The notes beneath the pieces are model-generated. The model was not told where the DNA came from and made no database searches. It worked only from the letters and a program-made list of their open reading frames with translations. DNA of 64,000 bases from Cyanophora paradoxa CCMP329 (taxonomy: Eukaryota > Plantae > Glaucophyta), in the NCBI GenBank assembly GCA_004431415.1, contig QPMI01000572.1, positions 62,001 to 126,000 on the forward strand, written 5' to 3'. Below are positions 15,001 through 27,000 of the stretch, piece after piece; the stretch's first letter is position 1; every line of letters starts with the position of its first letter. A program made the position numbers and the translations under genes.

Positions 15001-18000
15001 CTGCCCGTCGCGCAGCGGCGTAAAGGTGCAGTTGAGCGCCGAGCCGTCGGGGATGGAGGCGTCGGTGTTGTTGGGCGAGCATGCCGTCGCGATTGACGTC
15101 GGGGCGTCTGGGCGGCGCGCGGCGTCAGGGGCGGCCCGCGAGGGCGGCCGCGGGGGTCGCCTTCGGGGCCGGCGCAGCGCACCGATCGCATACAGCGGCC
15201 AGCTCGCCCCGCCCGGGCCCCCCACCAGCTCGCCCGGCCCCGTCACGGGGAAGGGCCGCAGCGGAACCGAGAACGGGACCGAGTTGAAGGTCGCCGGCGG
15301 GGCCGAGATGTTCACGTTTTGCGCCCCGACCACGCCGCTCGCCGTCAGGCTGCCCCCGCCCCGTCAGCCGGCGGCGGCTGCGGATCCGGCGGGCCAGCGC
15401 GAAAACGCCTCGCACGCACCTCACGGACGCGGCCCTCACCCACACGGGACTCCCGCCGAGCGTGGGCGTCAGCGTGCAGTTGAAGGCGCTGCCCGCCATG
15501 TACAGCTGCGCGCCGCCGTCGCTGAGGGCCCCGCCCCGCAGGCCAGCGCTGCCGCGTCGGGCGTCGTCGTCACCACGATCGCCACCGCCGCCTCCGCCAC
15601 GCACGCGCCCCGGTCCCCGCCCGCGCAGCGGTGCACCACCAGCGACCCGGGGCCCGTCGTGGGCGCCGCCGGGACTGCCGTGCTGCTCGTCCACGAGCTC
15701 GCGACGCCCGTCACGTTGCCCACCGCGCTCAGTGGGCTCGCCAGCGTGCCCGTCCCCGTCAGCGCCACGGACGTCGGCGCCGTCCAGAGCGGCTGCCCGT
15801 CGCGCAGCGGCGTAAAGGTGCAGTTGAGCGCCGAGCCGTCGGGGATGGAGGCGTCGGTGTTGTTGGGCGAGCACGCCGTCGCGATCGACGTCGGGGCGTC
15901 TGGGCGGCGCGCGGCGTCAGGGGCGGCCCGCGAGGGCGGCCGCGGGGTCGCCTTCGGGGCCGGCGCAGCGCACCGATCGCATACAGCGGCCAGCTCGCCC
16001 CGCCCGGGCCCGCCACCAGCTCGCCCGGCCCCGTCACGGGGAAGGGCCGCAGCGGAACCGAGAACGGGAACGAGTTGAAGGTCGCCGGCGGGCCGAGATG
16101 TTCACGTTTTGCGCCCCGACCACGCCGCTCGCCGTCAGGCTGCCCCGCCCCGTCAGCCGGCGGCGGCTGCGGATCCCGGCGGGCCAGCGCGAAAACGCCT
16201 CGCACGCACCTCACGGACGCGGCCCTCACCCACACGGGACTCCCGCCGAGCGTGGGCGCCAGCGTGCAGTTGAAGGCGCTGCCCGCCATGTACAGCTGCG
16301 CGCCGCCGTCGCTGAGGGCCCCCGCCCCGCAGGCCAGCGCTGCCGCGTCGGGCGTCGTCGTCACCACGATCGCCACCGCCGCCTCCGCCACGCACGCGCC
16401 CCGGTCCCGCCCGCGCAGCGGTGCACCACCAGCGACCCGGGGCCCGTCGTGGGCGCCGCCGGGACCGCCGTGCTGCTCGTCCACGAGCTCGCGACGCCCG
16501 TCACGTTGCCCACCGCGCTCAGCGGGCTCGCCAGCGTGCCCGTCCCCGTCAGCGCCACGTACGTCGGCGCCGTCCAGAGCGGCTGCCCGTCGCGCAGCGG
16601 CGTAAAGGTGCAGTTGAGCGCCGAGCCGTCGGGGATGGAGGCGTCGGTGTTGTTGGGCGAGCACGCCGTCGCGATCGACGTCGGGGCGTCTGGGCGGCGC
16701 GCGGCGTCAGGGGCGGCCCGCGAGGGCGGTCGCGGGGGTCGCCTTCGGGGCCGGCGCAGCGCACCGATCGCATACAGCGGCCAGCTCGCCCCGCCCGGGC
16801 CCGCCACCAGCTCGCCCGGCCCCGTCACGGGGAAGGGCCGCAGCGGAACGAGAACGGGAACGAGTTGAAGGTCGCCGGCGGGGCCGAGATGTTCACGTTT
16901 TGCGCCCCGACCACGCCGCTCGCCGTCAGGCTGCCCCCGCCCCGTCAGCCGGCGGCGGCTGCGGATCCGGCGGGCCAGCGCGAAAACGCCTCGCACGCAC
17001 CTCACGGACGCGGCCCTCACCCACACGGGACTCCCGCCGAGCGTGGGCGCCAGCGTGCAGTTGAAGGCGCTGCCCGCCATGTACAGCTGCGCGCCGCCGT
17101 CGCTGAGGGCCCCCGCCCCGCAGGCCAGCGCTGCCGCGTCGGGCGTCGTCGTCACCACGATCGCCACCGCCGCCTCCGCCACGCACGCGCCCCGGTCCCC
17201 GCCCGCGCAGCGGTGCACCACCAGCGACCCGGGGCCCGTCGTGGGCGCCGCCGGGACCGCCGTGCTGCTCGTCCACGAGCTCGCGACGCCCGTCACGTTG
17301 CCCACCGCGCTCAGCGGGCTCGCCAGCGTGCCCGTCCCGTCAGCGCCACGTACGTCGGCGCCGTCCAGAGCGGCTGCCCGTCGCGCAGCGGCGTAAAGGT
17401 GCAGTTGAGCGCCGAGCCGTCGGGGATGGAGGCGTCGGTGTTGTTGGGCGAGCACGCCGTCGCGATCGACGTCGGGGCGTCTGGGCGGCGCGCGGCGTCA
17501 GGGGCGGCCCGCGAGGGCGGCCGCGGGGGTCGCCTTCGGGGCCGGCGCAGCGCACCGATCGCATACAGCGGCCAGCTCGCCCCGCCCGGGCCCGCCACCA
17601 GCTCGCCCGGCCCCGTCACGGGGAAGGGCCGCAGCGGAACCGAGAACGGGAACGAGTTGAAGGTCGCCGGCGGGGCCGAGATATTCACGTTTTGCGCCCC
17701 GACCACGCCGCTCGCCGTCAGGCTGCCCCCGCCCCGTCAGCCGGCGGCGGCTGCGGATCCCGGCGGGCCAGCGCGAAAACGCCTCGCACGCACCTCACGG
17801 ACGCGGCCCTCACCCACACGGGACTCCCGCCGAGCGTGGGCGCCAGCGTGCAGTTGAAGGCGCTGCCCGCCATGTACAGCTGCGCGCCGCCGTCGCTGAG
17901 GGCCCCCGCCCCGCAGGCCAGCGCTGCCGCGTCGGGCGTCGTCGTCACCACGATCGCCACCGCCGCCTCCGCCACGCACGCGCCCCGGTCCCCGCCCGCG

Positions 18001-21000
18001 CAGCGGTGCACCACCAGCGACCCGGGGCCCGTCGTGGGCGCCGCCGGGACCGCCGTGCTGCTCGTCCACGAGCTCGCGACGCCCGTCACGTTGCCCACCG
18101 CGCTCAGCGGGCTCGCCAGCGTGCCCGTCCCCGTCAGCGCCACGTACGTCGGCGCCGTCCAGAGCGGCTGCCCGTCGCGCAGCGGCGTAAAGGTGCAGTT
18201 GAGCGCCGAGCCGTCGGGGATGGAGGCGTCGGTGTTGTTGGGCGAGCACGCCGTCGCGATCGACGTCGGGGCGTCTGGGCGGCGCGCGGCGTCAGGGGCG
18301 GCCCGCGAGGGCGGCCGCGGGGGTCGCCTTCGGGGCCGGCGCAGCGCACCGATCGCATACAGCGGCCAGCTCGCCCCGCCCGGGCCCGCCACCAGCTCGC
18401 CCGGCCCCGTCACGGGGAAGGGCCGCAGCGGAACCGAGAACGGGAACGAGTTGAAGGTCGCCGGCGGGGCCGAGATATTCACGTTTTGCGCCCCGACCAC
18501 GCCGCTCGCCGTCAGGCTGCCCCCGCCCCGTCAGCCGGCGGCGGCTGCGGATCCCGGCGGGCCAGCGCGAAAACGCCTCGCACGCACCTCACGGACGCGG
18601 CCCTCACCCACACGGGACTCCCGCCGAGCGTGGGCGCCAGCGTGCAGTTGAAGGCGCTGCCCGCCATGTACAGCTGCGCGCCGCCGTCGCTGAGGGCCCC
18701 CGCCCCGCAGGCCAGCGCTGCCGCGTCGGGCGTCGTCGTCACCACGATCGCCACCGCCGCCTCCGCCACGCACGCGCCCCGGTCCCCGCCCGCGCAGCGG
18801 TGCACCACCAGCGACCCGGGGCCCGTCGTGGGCGCCGCCGGGACCGCCGTGCTGCTCGTCCACGAGCTCGCGACGCCCGTCACGTTGCCCACCGCGCTCA
18901 GCGGGCTCGCCAGCGTGCCCGTCCCCGTCAGCGCCACGTACGTCGGCGCCGTCCAGAGCGGCTGCCCGTCGCGCAGCGGCGTAAAGGTGCAGTTGAGCGC
19001 CGAGCCGTCGGGGATGGAGGCGTCGGTGTTGTTGGGCGAGCACGCCGTCGCGATCGACGTCGGGGCGTCTGGGCGGCGCGCGGCGTCAGGGCGGCCCGCG
19101 AGGGCGGTCGCGGGGGTCGCCTTCGGGCCGGCGCAGCGCACCGATCGCATACAGCGGCCAGCTCGCCCCGCCCGGGCCCGCCACCAGCTCGCCCGGCCCC
19201 GTCACGGGGAAGGGCCGCAGCGGAACCGAGAACGGGAACGAGTTGAAGGTCGCCGGCGGGGCCGAGATGTTCACGTTTTGCGCCCCGACCACGCCGCTCG
19301 CCGTCAGGCTGCCCCCGCCCCGTCAGCCGGCGGCGGCTGCGGATCCCGGCGGGCCAGCGCGAAAACGCCTCGCACGCACCTCACGGACGCGGCCCTCACC
19401 CACACGGGACTCCCGCCGAGCGTGGGCGCCAGCGTGCAGTTGAAGGCGCTGCCCGCCATGTACAGCTGCGCGCCGCCGTCGCTGAGGGCCCCGCCCCGCA
19501 GGCCAGCGCTGCCGCGTCGGGCGTCGTCGTCACCACGATCGCCACCGCCGCCTCCGCCACGCACGCGCCCCGGTCCCCGCCCGCGCAGCGGTGCACCACC
19601 AGCGACCGGGGCCCGTCGTGGGCGCCGCCGGACCGCCGTGCTGCTCGTCCACGAGCTCGCGACGCCCGTCACGTTGCCCACCGCGCTCAGTGGCTCGCCA
19701 GCGTGCCCGTCCCCGTCAGCGCCACGTACGTCGGCGCCGTCCAGAGCGGCTGCCCGTCGCGCAGCGGCGTAAAGGTGCAGTTGAGCGCCGAGCCGTCGGG
19801 ATGGAGGCGTCGGTGTTGTTGGGCGAGCACGCCGTCGCGATTGACGTCGGGGCGTCTGGGCGGCGCGCGGCGTCAGGGGCGGCCCGCGAGGGCGGCCGCG
19901 GGGGTCGCCTTCGGGGCCGGCGCAGCGCACCGATCGCATACAGCGGCCAGCTCGCCCGCCCGGGCCCCCCACCAGCTCGCCCGGCCCCGTCACGGGGAAG
20001 GGCCGCAGCGGAACCGAGAACGGGAACGAGTTGAAGGTCGCCGGCGGGGCCGAGATGTTCACGTTTTGCGCCCCGACCACGCCGCTCGCCGTCAGGCTGC
20101 CCCCGCCCCGTCAGCCGGCGGCGGCTGCGGATCCCGGCGGGCCAGCGCGAAAACGCCTCGCACGCACCTCACGGACGCGGCCCTCACCCACACGGGACTC
20201 CCGCCGAGCGTGGGCGCCAGCGTGCAGTTGAAGGCGCTGCCCGCCATGTACAGCTGCGCGCCGCCGTCGCTGAGGGCCCCCGCCCCGCAGGCCAGCGCTG
20301 CCGCGTCGGGCGTCGTCGTCACCACGATCGCCACCGCCGCCTCCGCCACGCACGCGCCCCGGTCCCGCCCGCGCAGCGGTGCACCACCAGCGACCCGGGC
20401 CCGTCGTGGGCGCCGCGGGACCGCCGTGCTGCTCGTCCACGAGCTCGCGACGCCCGTCACGTTGCCCACCGCGCTCAGCGGGCTCGCCAGCGTGCCCGTC
20501 CCCGTCAGCGCCACGTACGTCGGCGCCGTCCAGAGCGGCTGCCCGTCGCGCAGCGGCGTAAAGGTGCAGTTGAGCGCCGAGCCGTCGGGATGGAGGCGTC
20601 GGTGTTGTTGGCGAGCACGCCGTCGCGATCGACGTCGGGGCGTCTGGGCGGCGCGCGGCGTCAGGGGCGGCCCGCGAGGGCGGCCGCGGGGGTCGCCTTC
20701 GGGACCGGCGCAGCGCACCGATCGCATACAGCGGCCAGCTCGCCCCGCCCGGGCCCGCCACCAGCTCGCCCGGCCCCGTCACGGGGAAGGGCCGCAGCGG
20801 AACCGAGAACGGGAACGAGTTGAAGGTCGCCGGCGGGGCCGAGATATTCACGTTTTGCACCCCGACCACGCCGCTCGCCGACAGGCTGCCCCCGCCCCGT
20901 CAGCCGGCGGCGGCTGCGGATCCCGGCGGGCCAGCGCGAAAACGCCTCGCACGCACCTCACGGACGCGGCCCTCACCCACACGGGACTCCCGCCGAGCGT

Positions 21001-24000
21001 GGGCGCCAGCGTGCAGTTGAAGGCGCTGCCCGCCATGTACAGCTGCGCGCCGCCGTCGCTGAGGGCCCCCGCCCCGCAGGCCAGCGCTGCCGCGTCGGGC
21101 GTCGTCGTCACCACGATCGCCACCGCCGCCTCCGCCACGCACGCGCCCCGTCCCCGCCCGCGCAGCGGTGCACCACCAGCGACCCGGGCCCGTCGTGGGC
21201 GCCGCCGGGACCGCCGTGCTGCTCGTCCACGAGCTCGCGACGCCCGTCACGTTGCCCACCGCGCTCAGCGGGCTCGCCAGCGTGCCCGTCCCCGTCAGCG
21301 CCACGTACGTCGGCGCCGTCCAGAGCGGCTGCCCGTCGCGCAGCGGCGTAAAGGTGCAGTTGAGCGCCGAGCCGTCGGGGATGGAGGCGTCGGTGTTGTT
21401 GGGCGAGCATGCCGTCGCGATCGACGTCGGGGCGTCTGTGTAGCGCCATTCAGGCTTTGACGCGTCATGATCAGGTGCTTTCTATATCTATGGGTGGCAT
21501 GCGGGAGCAGGTTGATGGTAGGCATATTTACCAATGCTGATCAGATTTAGGGAAATGTTGCCTGGGGTAAAGGATATCCAGCCAGGTCCCGTTGTCGGAA
21601 ACGAGGGAAGAGTCACGTTGAAGAAGAACACAGAATTCGATCCTTCAAGTGCGGGCAGGAAAAAAGGCGCCTCGAAAATTCCTCCACTCTGCACCCTGCA
21701 GCATGCACAGAAGAAAGAATGTTGTGAGCACAAATATTCAGGCGAGAATCATTTTATTTTTAATTTCTTCGACACGCACGTGATTGCCTGGGCGCGCGAC
21801 CAAACCGTCACGTTTCCCCGTTGTGGATAAAGCTGACACAGAAAGCTTGTTCCCGCAAACATTAGTGTTTGGTTGGCCACAAGAAGTGGTTCGGAAAGGG
21901 TGAGCCCGGGCACGCTGCAGGTGACGAGAAGCCCATCTGGTCTTGCTACAATCGCCGCCTGTATCCGCCCCTGCTCTCGGCACGTGCCCGACGCCGTGCA
22001 GATCAGTACAACGAGCGCGGCTGGTCCCAGTTTGGGGTACTCCGGCGCCTTGAACGATGTCTGGAAGGACGTGGCAGCGGCGTCGGAGGCATTTTGGACG
22101 AGTGCGTTCCCTTCGACGTCACGGCCAGCGAAAAGACCTTCGCCAACAAGGACGAACGAGCTCCCAAGCGCTGTAATCGCCGTCCCATTCTTGAGGGGTA
22201 CGTGAGTACAGTTGACCCACTCGCCTTCCAGGACAGTCATGTCCGCCTCAATCGAGGAGCAGGTCGTGTTGATGGCGTCCGGAAAGTCGACCACGGTGAA
22301 ATTGACGATCGCGAGCCCGCCCGGGCCCGTCGTTACATTCGCAGGCCCAAGGACGTTCGACGTCGACACGCTGAAGAAGAGCTCGTTGCCGGCGATGGGG
22401 GAGACGGCGGACGCGGTGAGGCCGGGCGAGAGAATCACCGAGATGTTGGCGGCCGCCGAGTAGGAGCGCTCGAGCACCCCCGTCGCTGTGGAGTACGGGA
22501 CAATGGTGCACGCTAGAGCTCCTGCCGTTCCCGAAGGGACGGATCTCGAGCTAGCCAAGGGCCCACAATCGACCAAGGTCTGTACGGGTGGAACTGCGGA
22601 ATCGCTCGTCAGCCATTGCGACGAAAACCTATTTTAGAACGCGGCAGTTATTAGTAATTATATAAGCACCGTGCACGATGACGGAAGCGTTCGCATCCGC
22701 AACGGGGACGCACACATTGCTGACGTTGAAACCGAAGAACACTGCGCGTGCACAACGCGATTAGAAACGATATCGATGCTGGCGAACCCAGCAATACGGT
22801 TTTGACAAGAGATTTATCATTACCTTTTCCACTATTTGGATACGAGGTGTTGAGAGAAAAGGAGAGTTTGGATGTAGTTACGGTTCTTAAGGTCGAGTAA
22901 TATATTGCATCTGGAACATAGGAGGTAGATCCCCAATTATGGTCTGCGGCGAGAATGTTCCCCAGACTTGCGATCGCGGCCGCTCCGGATCCCGTTTCAC
23001 GCGAAATACACAGCGACGTGTCCAGTGTTGAAGCCCGCCGGACACGCGTCGCATTTCCGAGGACACTGACGTTTTCCGCAGCGTCAGCCCAAATCGAGTC
23101 CTTCGAGTTGTATATCATTGTGTCTGGCATGCGCACCGTGGGAAGAATGTACATACTCTGAGGTTGCCAGAGGCGAGCTCGCTGATAGCGGAAATTCCAG
23201 AGCCGCAATCGAAGACCGACGTGGAGTCCGCAGTCCCTATGAGCATATATGTCTCATCTGAAGTCGCGATATCGAGCGAAGGCCAGAGCTTCGAAGTCAC
23301 GGCCATCTTGAAATAAAAACGCAACAACGGCACCAGTGCCGTCGTAGTGAACTCCGCAAGAAAGGCCGTATAACGATCCGAGTCTGCGGATGCGATCATT
23401 AGCTTCTCCGATCGATTAATTTGCCAATTCGAATTCGAATTTCGTCACTCACGAGGGCTAACCGCCGACGAAAGAATTGGCGCGACGGGATCTGTGCCAA
23501 GACGGGCGTATGTTCATCATGCGGCACGCGCAATCACAACGAAAAGCAACGTTGTTGTCGAAACGCACTAGCGCCGAACGCAGCAATGATGGCAGCATCA
23601 GATCCCGGAGCTGCCCGCGCTGAGAGAGTCAACCGTTCCCGCTCCAATGGATACGCCGCGCCTCTGCGCCTCGGGTAGAACGTGCATGTGAACTGCACAC
23701 ATGAGCAACACAATCGTAAGAGCTCATGATCATTCTCTTTCTAAATCGCGAACGCCAGAAGAAACTATATATACCGTTGTGTTGCGCTCCAAAAATATAT
23801 ACGCCCCGCTTCTGTCGCTCGGATCGGCCGGAATTAGCGTCGAGCAGTTGAGTTTGCTGGTGGTATCTGGTATTCCAGTCGACTCGAACGCTGACAGACA
23901 GTAATCAATTCAGTGCTGCCCATGTCTCGGACATCCACAAAAGCAGCGCGTTCGTCGGAGGGCACCTTCGAACGCCCAGAACCCGGTGAACATATCTGTG

Positions 24001-27000
24001 GGGAGCAGCTTCGCGCCACCCGTGACATAGGACATCTGTGAGTTGCAAAGCACCAAACGTTTTATTAACCTCAAGCTCATAATTTGAGAAGTCGTTTATA
24101 AACCGCTGCCTGGAGTGAGCAAAAACTGCACCTGGCAGCCATACGACGTGAACATTGGCCGTGTGCGCGCAGCAAGAGCCCTTGAGACATCTGCGAAAGT
24201 CGACCAGTTGCCGACTGCGGGTTCGTAGTACAAAAACGTCGTCCCCGGATCCTTAATGCTCGTGCTCGAAGACCTATATCTGCTGCGTGAAATGCTGCTA
24301 ATCGTAGAGAAACTATAGCTGCACAAACCCGTAAAGAAACCAGAGCGCGTTGTTGCACGTGAAGACATGCGCGAAGGCCGAAGCGACTGGGGCGCTAGGA
24401 AGCGCTTTCCATGCCTTCACAACAGCAGAGGCGACTCGCAGGTCGACCGTCCAGAGATCAGATATAAACACTCCGGCGGACGATAATCCGCCGTACACGT
24501 ACTGCTAGTGTGTCATTCACCAATTTCTAGCGAAGCATATGATCATGAGTGCGGGGTTCCGAACCAGTTGCCCGTTATAAACTGAAATCGGAATAATTAT
24601 ACTCGAATTAGTAACTCTAATCGAATAATGTATTCGTAGTAAATCGATCCACACCTTGGGCTGTCGATCCCTCCCGCCCCTGTGGACTGCTGCTGTCTTC
24701 AGGCGATGAAGGGATTTCGATCCTCCACGTGTTGGATGCGATGTCGTAAGAGAACTTATGTGTCGCGCGACTGAAAGTCAGTACAAGGTTTTGAAAGCAA
24801 AACAATACCAATGGCATCTAGAGCGCACGAGATCGTTAGAGAGACACTGGACGAAAGGCGACGTTCCTGCGTATGCGCATATTATAATTATCGATTGTTG
24901 AAGATATTCACGCGCTGCGATTATCTCAATGAATCAGCTCCTAAATAGTGACTTTCGAACCTGTGGCCATCATTTCGTACTTGAGATTGAAAGTCCATGT
25001 GCCAGCGTACACGTTCACCGGCCCCGGCTCGTAGCACTGCGGGTGCGACAATGTCATGATTTGTTTTTTTGAATTTTTCAGCGACATGAAGATGGGCGCG
25101 CGGACCGTGCCGTCGCAGGGGAAATACTCGAGACAGAACGAGGGCACAGTCACTTCGCCTTTGTCATTCACCTCCGGTTCCGAGTACCGGACACAGCAAT
25201 CTACCGTGCACGTGTATGCCTCGCCCCCCGGGTACTGCGAGACTTGCAAGGCTGCGGTCGCGAGACAGACTCTTTGAGCACTTCGTGGTATCTATGACTT
25301 CGATTTAATTTGCTCTAGATCTGCGCACTGATATTGAGAGATGGCAACATCATTGTGACCGACTCGTACGAAGAGCTGCGCGCGAGAGATTGAATAATTA
25401 GTGAGTGAAGGCCACATTCTGCAAAGAGGCCGCTTGCGCACCTGACGGAGCCGCAGGTCACGGGTCCGTCTCCAGTGCAGAACAAGGTCGAGTTTTTGTA
25501 GCTGGAAACGGGACCGTAGGATCCCTCTCCGACCTAATCAGCGGCATAAGTTTAATGATAGCTTATGATTAGCAGCAGAACCGAAAATTGTCTAGGCAAA
25601 CTGCGAAGCAGGCAACTGTTGCGTGCGCACTCTAATAGAGTCTGCGCTCATGCTCAGTGCAAAGCCAAAGAACGACCCAAGCGAGCACGCACCAGGCGAG
25701 TACGACCCGAAGCCGTCGCCTCGGAGAAACGCAGGGGTAGTGTGATTGATCGTGAGCACAGTGCCGGCTGGAGCATAGAGCCCGCTGGCGCATGTGGTCC
25801 CTACGACCCAGCTCTTTGAGGACCCTGAGGTACCTGCATTCTCTCGCGTGTCCTGTACTCACGGAATTCAAATCTTGCGGTCAATTTTTAAGTTACACGT
25901 GCATGCAGTTTTGTGAACACGGCACCGTAATAGTGCCCGCTCGGCGATTCTCGTATCCGTACATCATTATGAAGCCACTTCCACTTGCGGTCGCGGCCGT
26001 AAATCTAACCTGTTGATGTATATTCGCATTACTAGGAGACAAGCTCGGTCTTTATTCGGAAAGATTAAGGGCGGATACCAGCACTTTGAAAGAAGTCGGG
26101 AAGAAGCTGGACGTGTAAACAGTGCCCAAGGTCTCTGAGGTGACGTTGGAAGACGTGTAGGTGCCGATCAGAGGCGCGGCCGAGGTCTCTCCGCTGTGAA
26201 CTTGGACCATGCCATCGCTCCCGACGTCGAATTTCGTGAACCAAAAGCGCAGTCGCACACTGTCCAAACAGCTGAGGGAGCATCGGCCTCGAGGCGGGCT
26301 TGGCACTCGTACGATCCTGTTTAATGAAAGGATAATATAAGCTGATTTAAACCGACGTTCGCCATGCTGCTTGTAAGCAGAGAGTCCTTCAATAACAACG
26401 CTTGCGCGCGCCCGCTCACCACGATCGCGAGGCGCTTGTGCCGGCTGCGAAGCTCGCCTGCAGGATGCGGCCGGCCGCGCACTGCCCGTTGCCCATCCCG
26501 GCGTAGATTCTCTTCGCCTTGGAATCCAGGGCCGTGAAATGACTGCGCGTGCAAGCGCATGCGCAACATCAACAATTCTCTCTCTGCAAAGCGAAGCTTA
26601 CTTGCAATTGGGGCCCCCGCTCACTTGGATCGTGCGTACGGCATCGGCTGCAATACACCTCTAATAGCGCTCGCGAAGTCTGAGGGCCGGGCGATTGCAA
26701 TGTTAATGTTCTTGTATTGAAAGGTCCTGATCATGATTGAGAAGAGGTGTGACGAACCTATAGTCAGAACTGACGCAGAAGGGCAGAACCACTGTGTGCC
26801 GGGGAGGGCCGCGTCCGTGCTGTTCGAGCGGCCGCCGATCACGAAGACCTTGGGGCTCCCGGGTACCGACACAACCGTGTACTGGTCGTAGCTGTCTGTC
26901 GGCAGCAGCGGCGATGTACCCCATGTGCCGAATCCCAATCCGTAGCTCACGATGGCGGGGAGGTTCGTCGAGTTCGGCTCTGCGCATGCAGCATATTTAG

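Noticed and set aside
4451-21438. Array as CRISPR, satellite, rDNA or tandem transposon
   Set aside because: There are no unique spacers, rRNA motifs, transposase or RT. The unit splices to an open 216-aa frame continuous with flanking exons.
4136-21460. Long + strand Arg/Ala-rich ORFs (up to 588 aa) across the array
   Set aside because: These are antisense shadows of GC-rich coding repeats. The minus-strand frame has splice signals, conserved Cys and sequons, and diverged homologous flanking modules.
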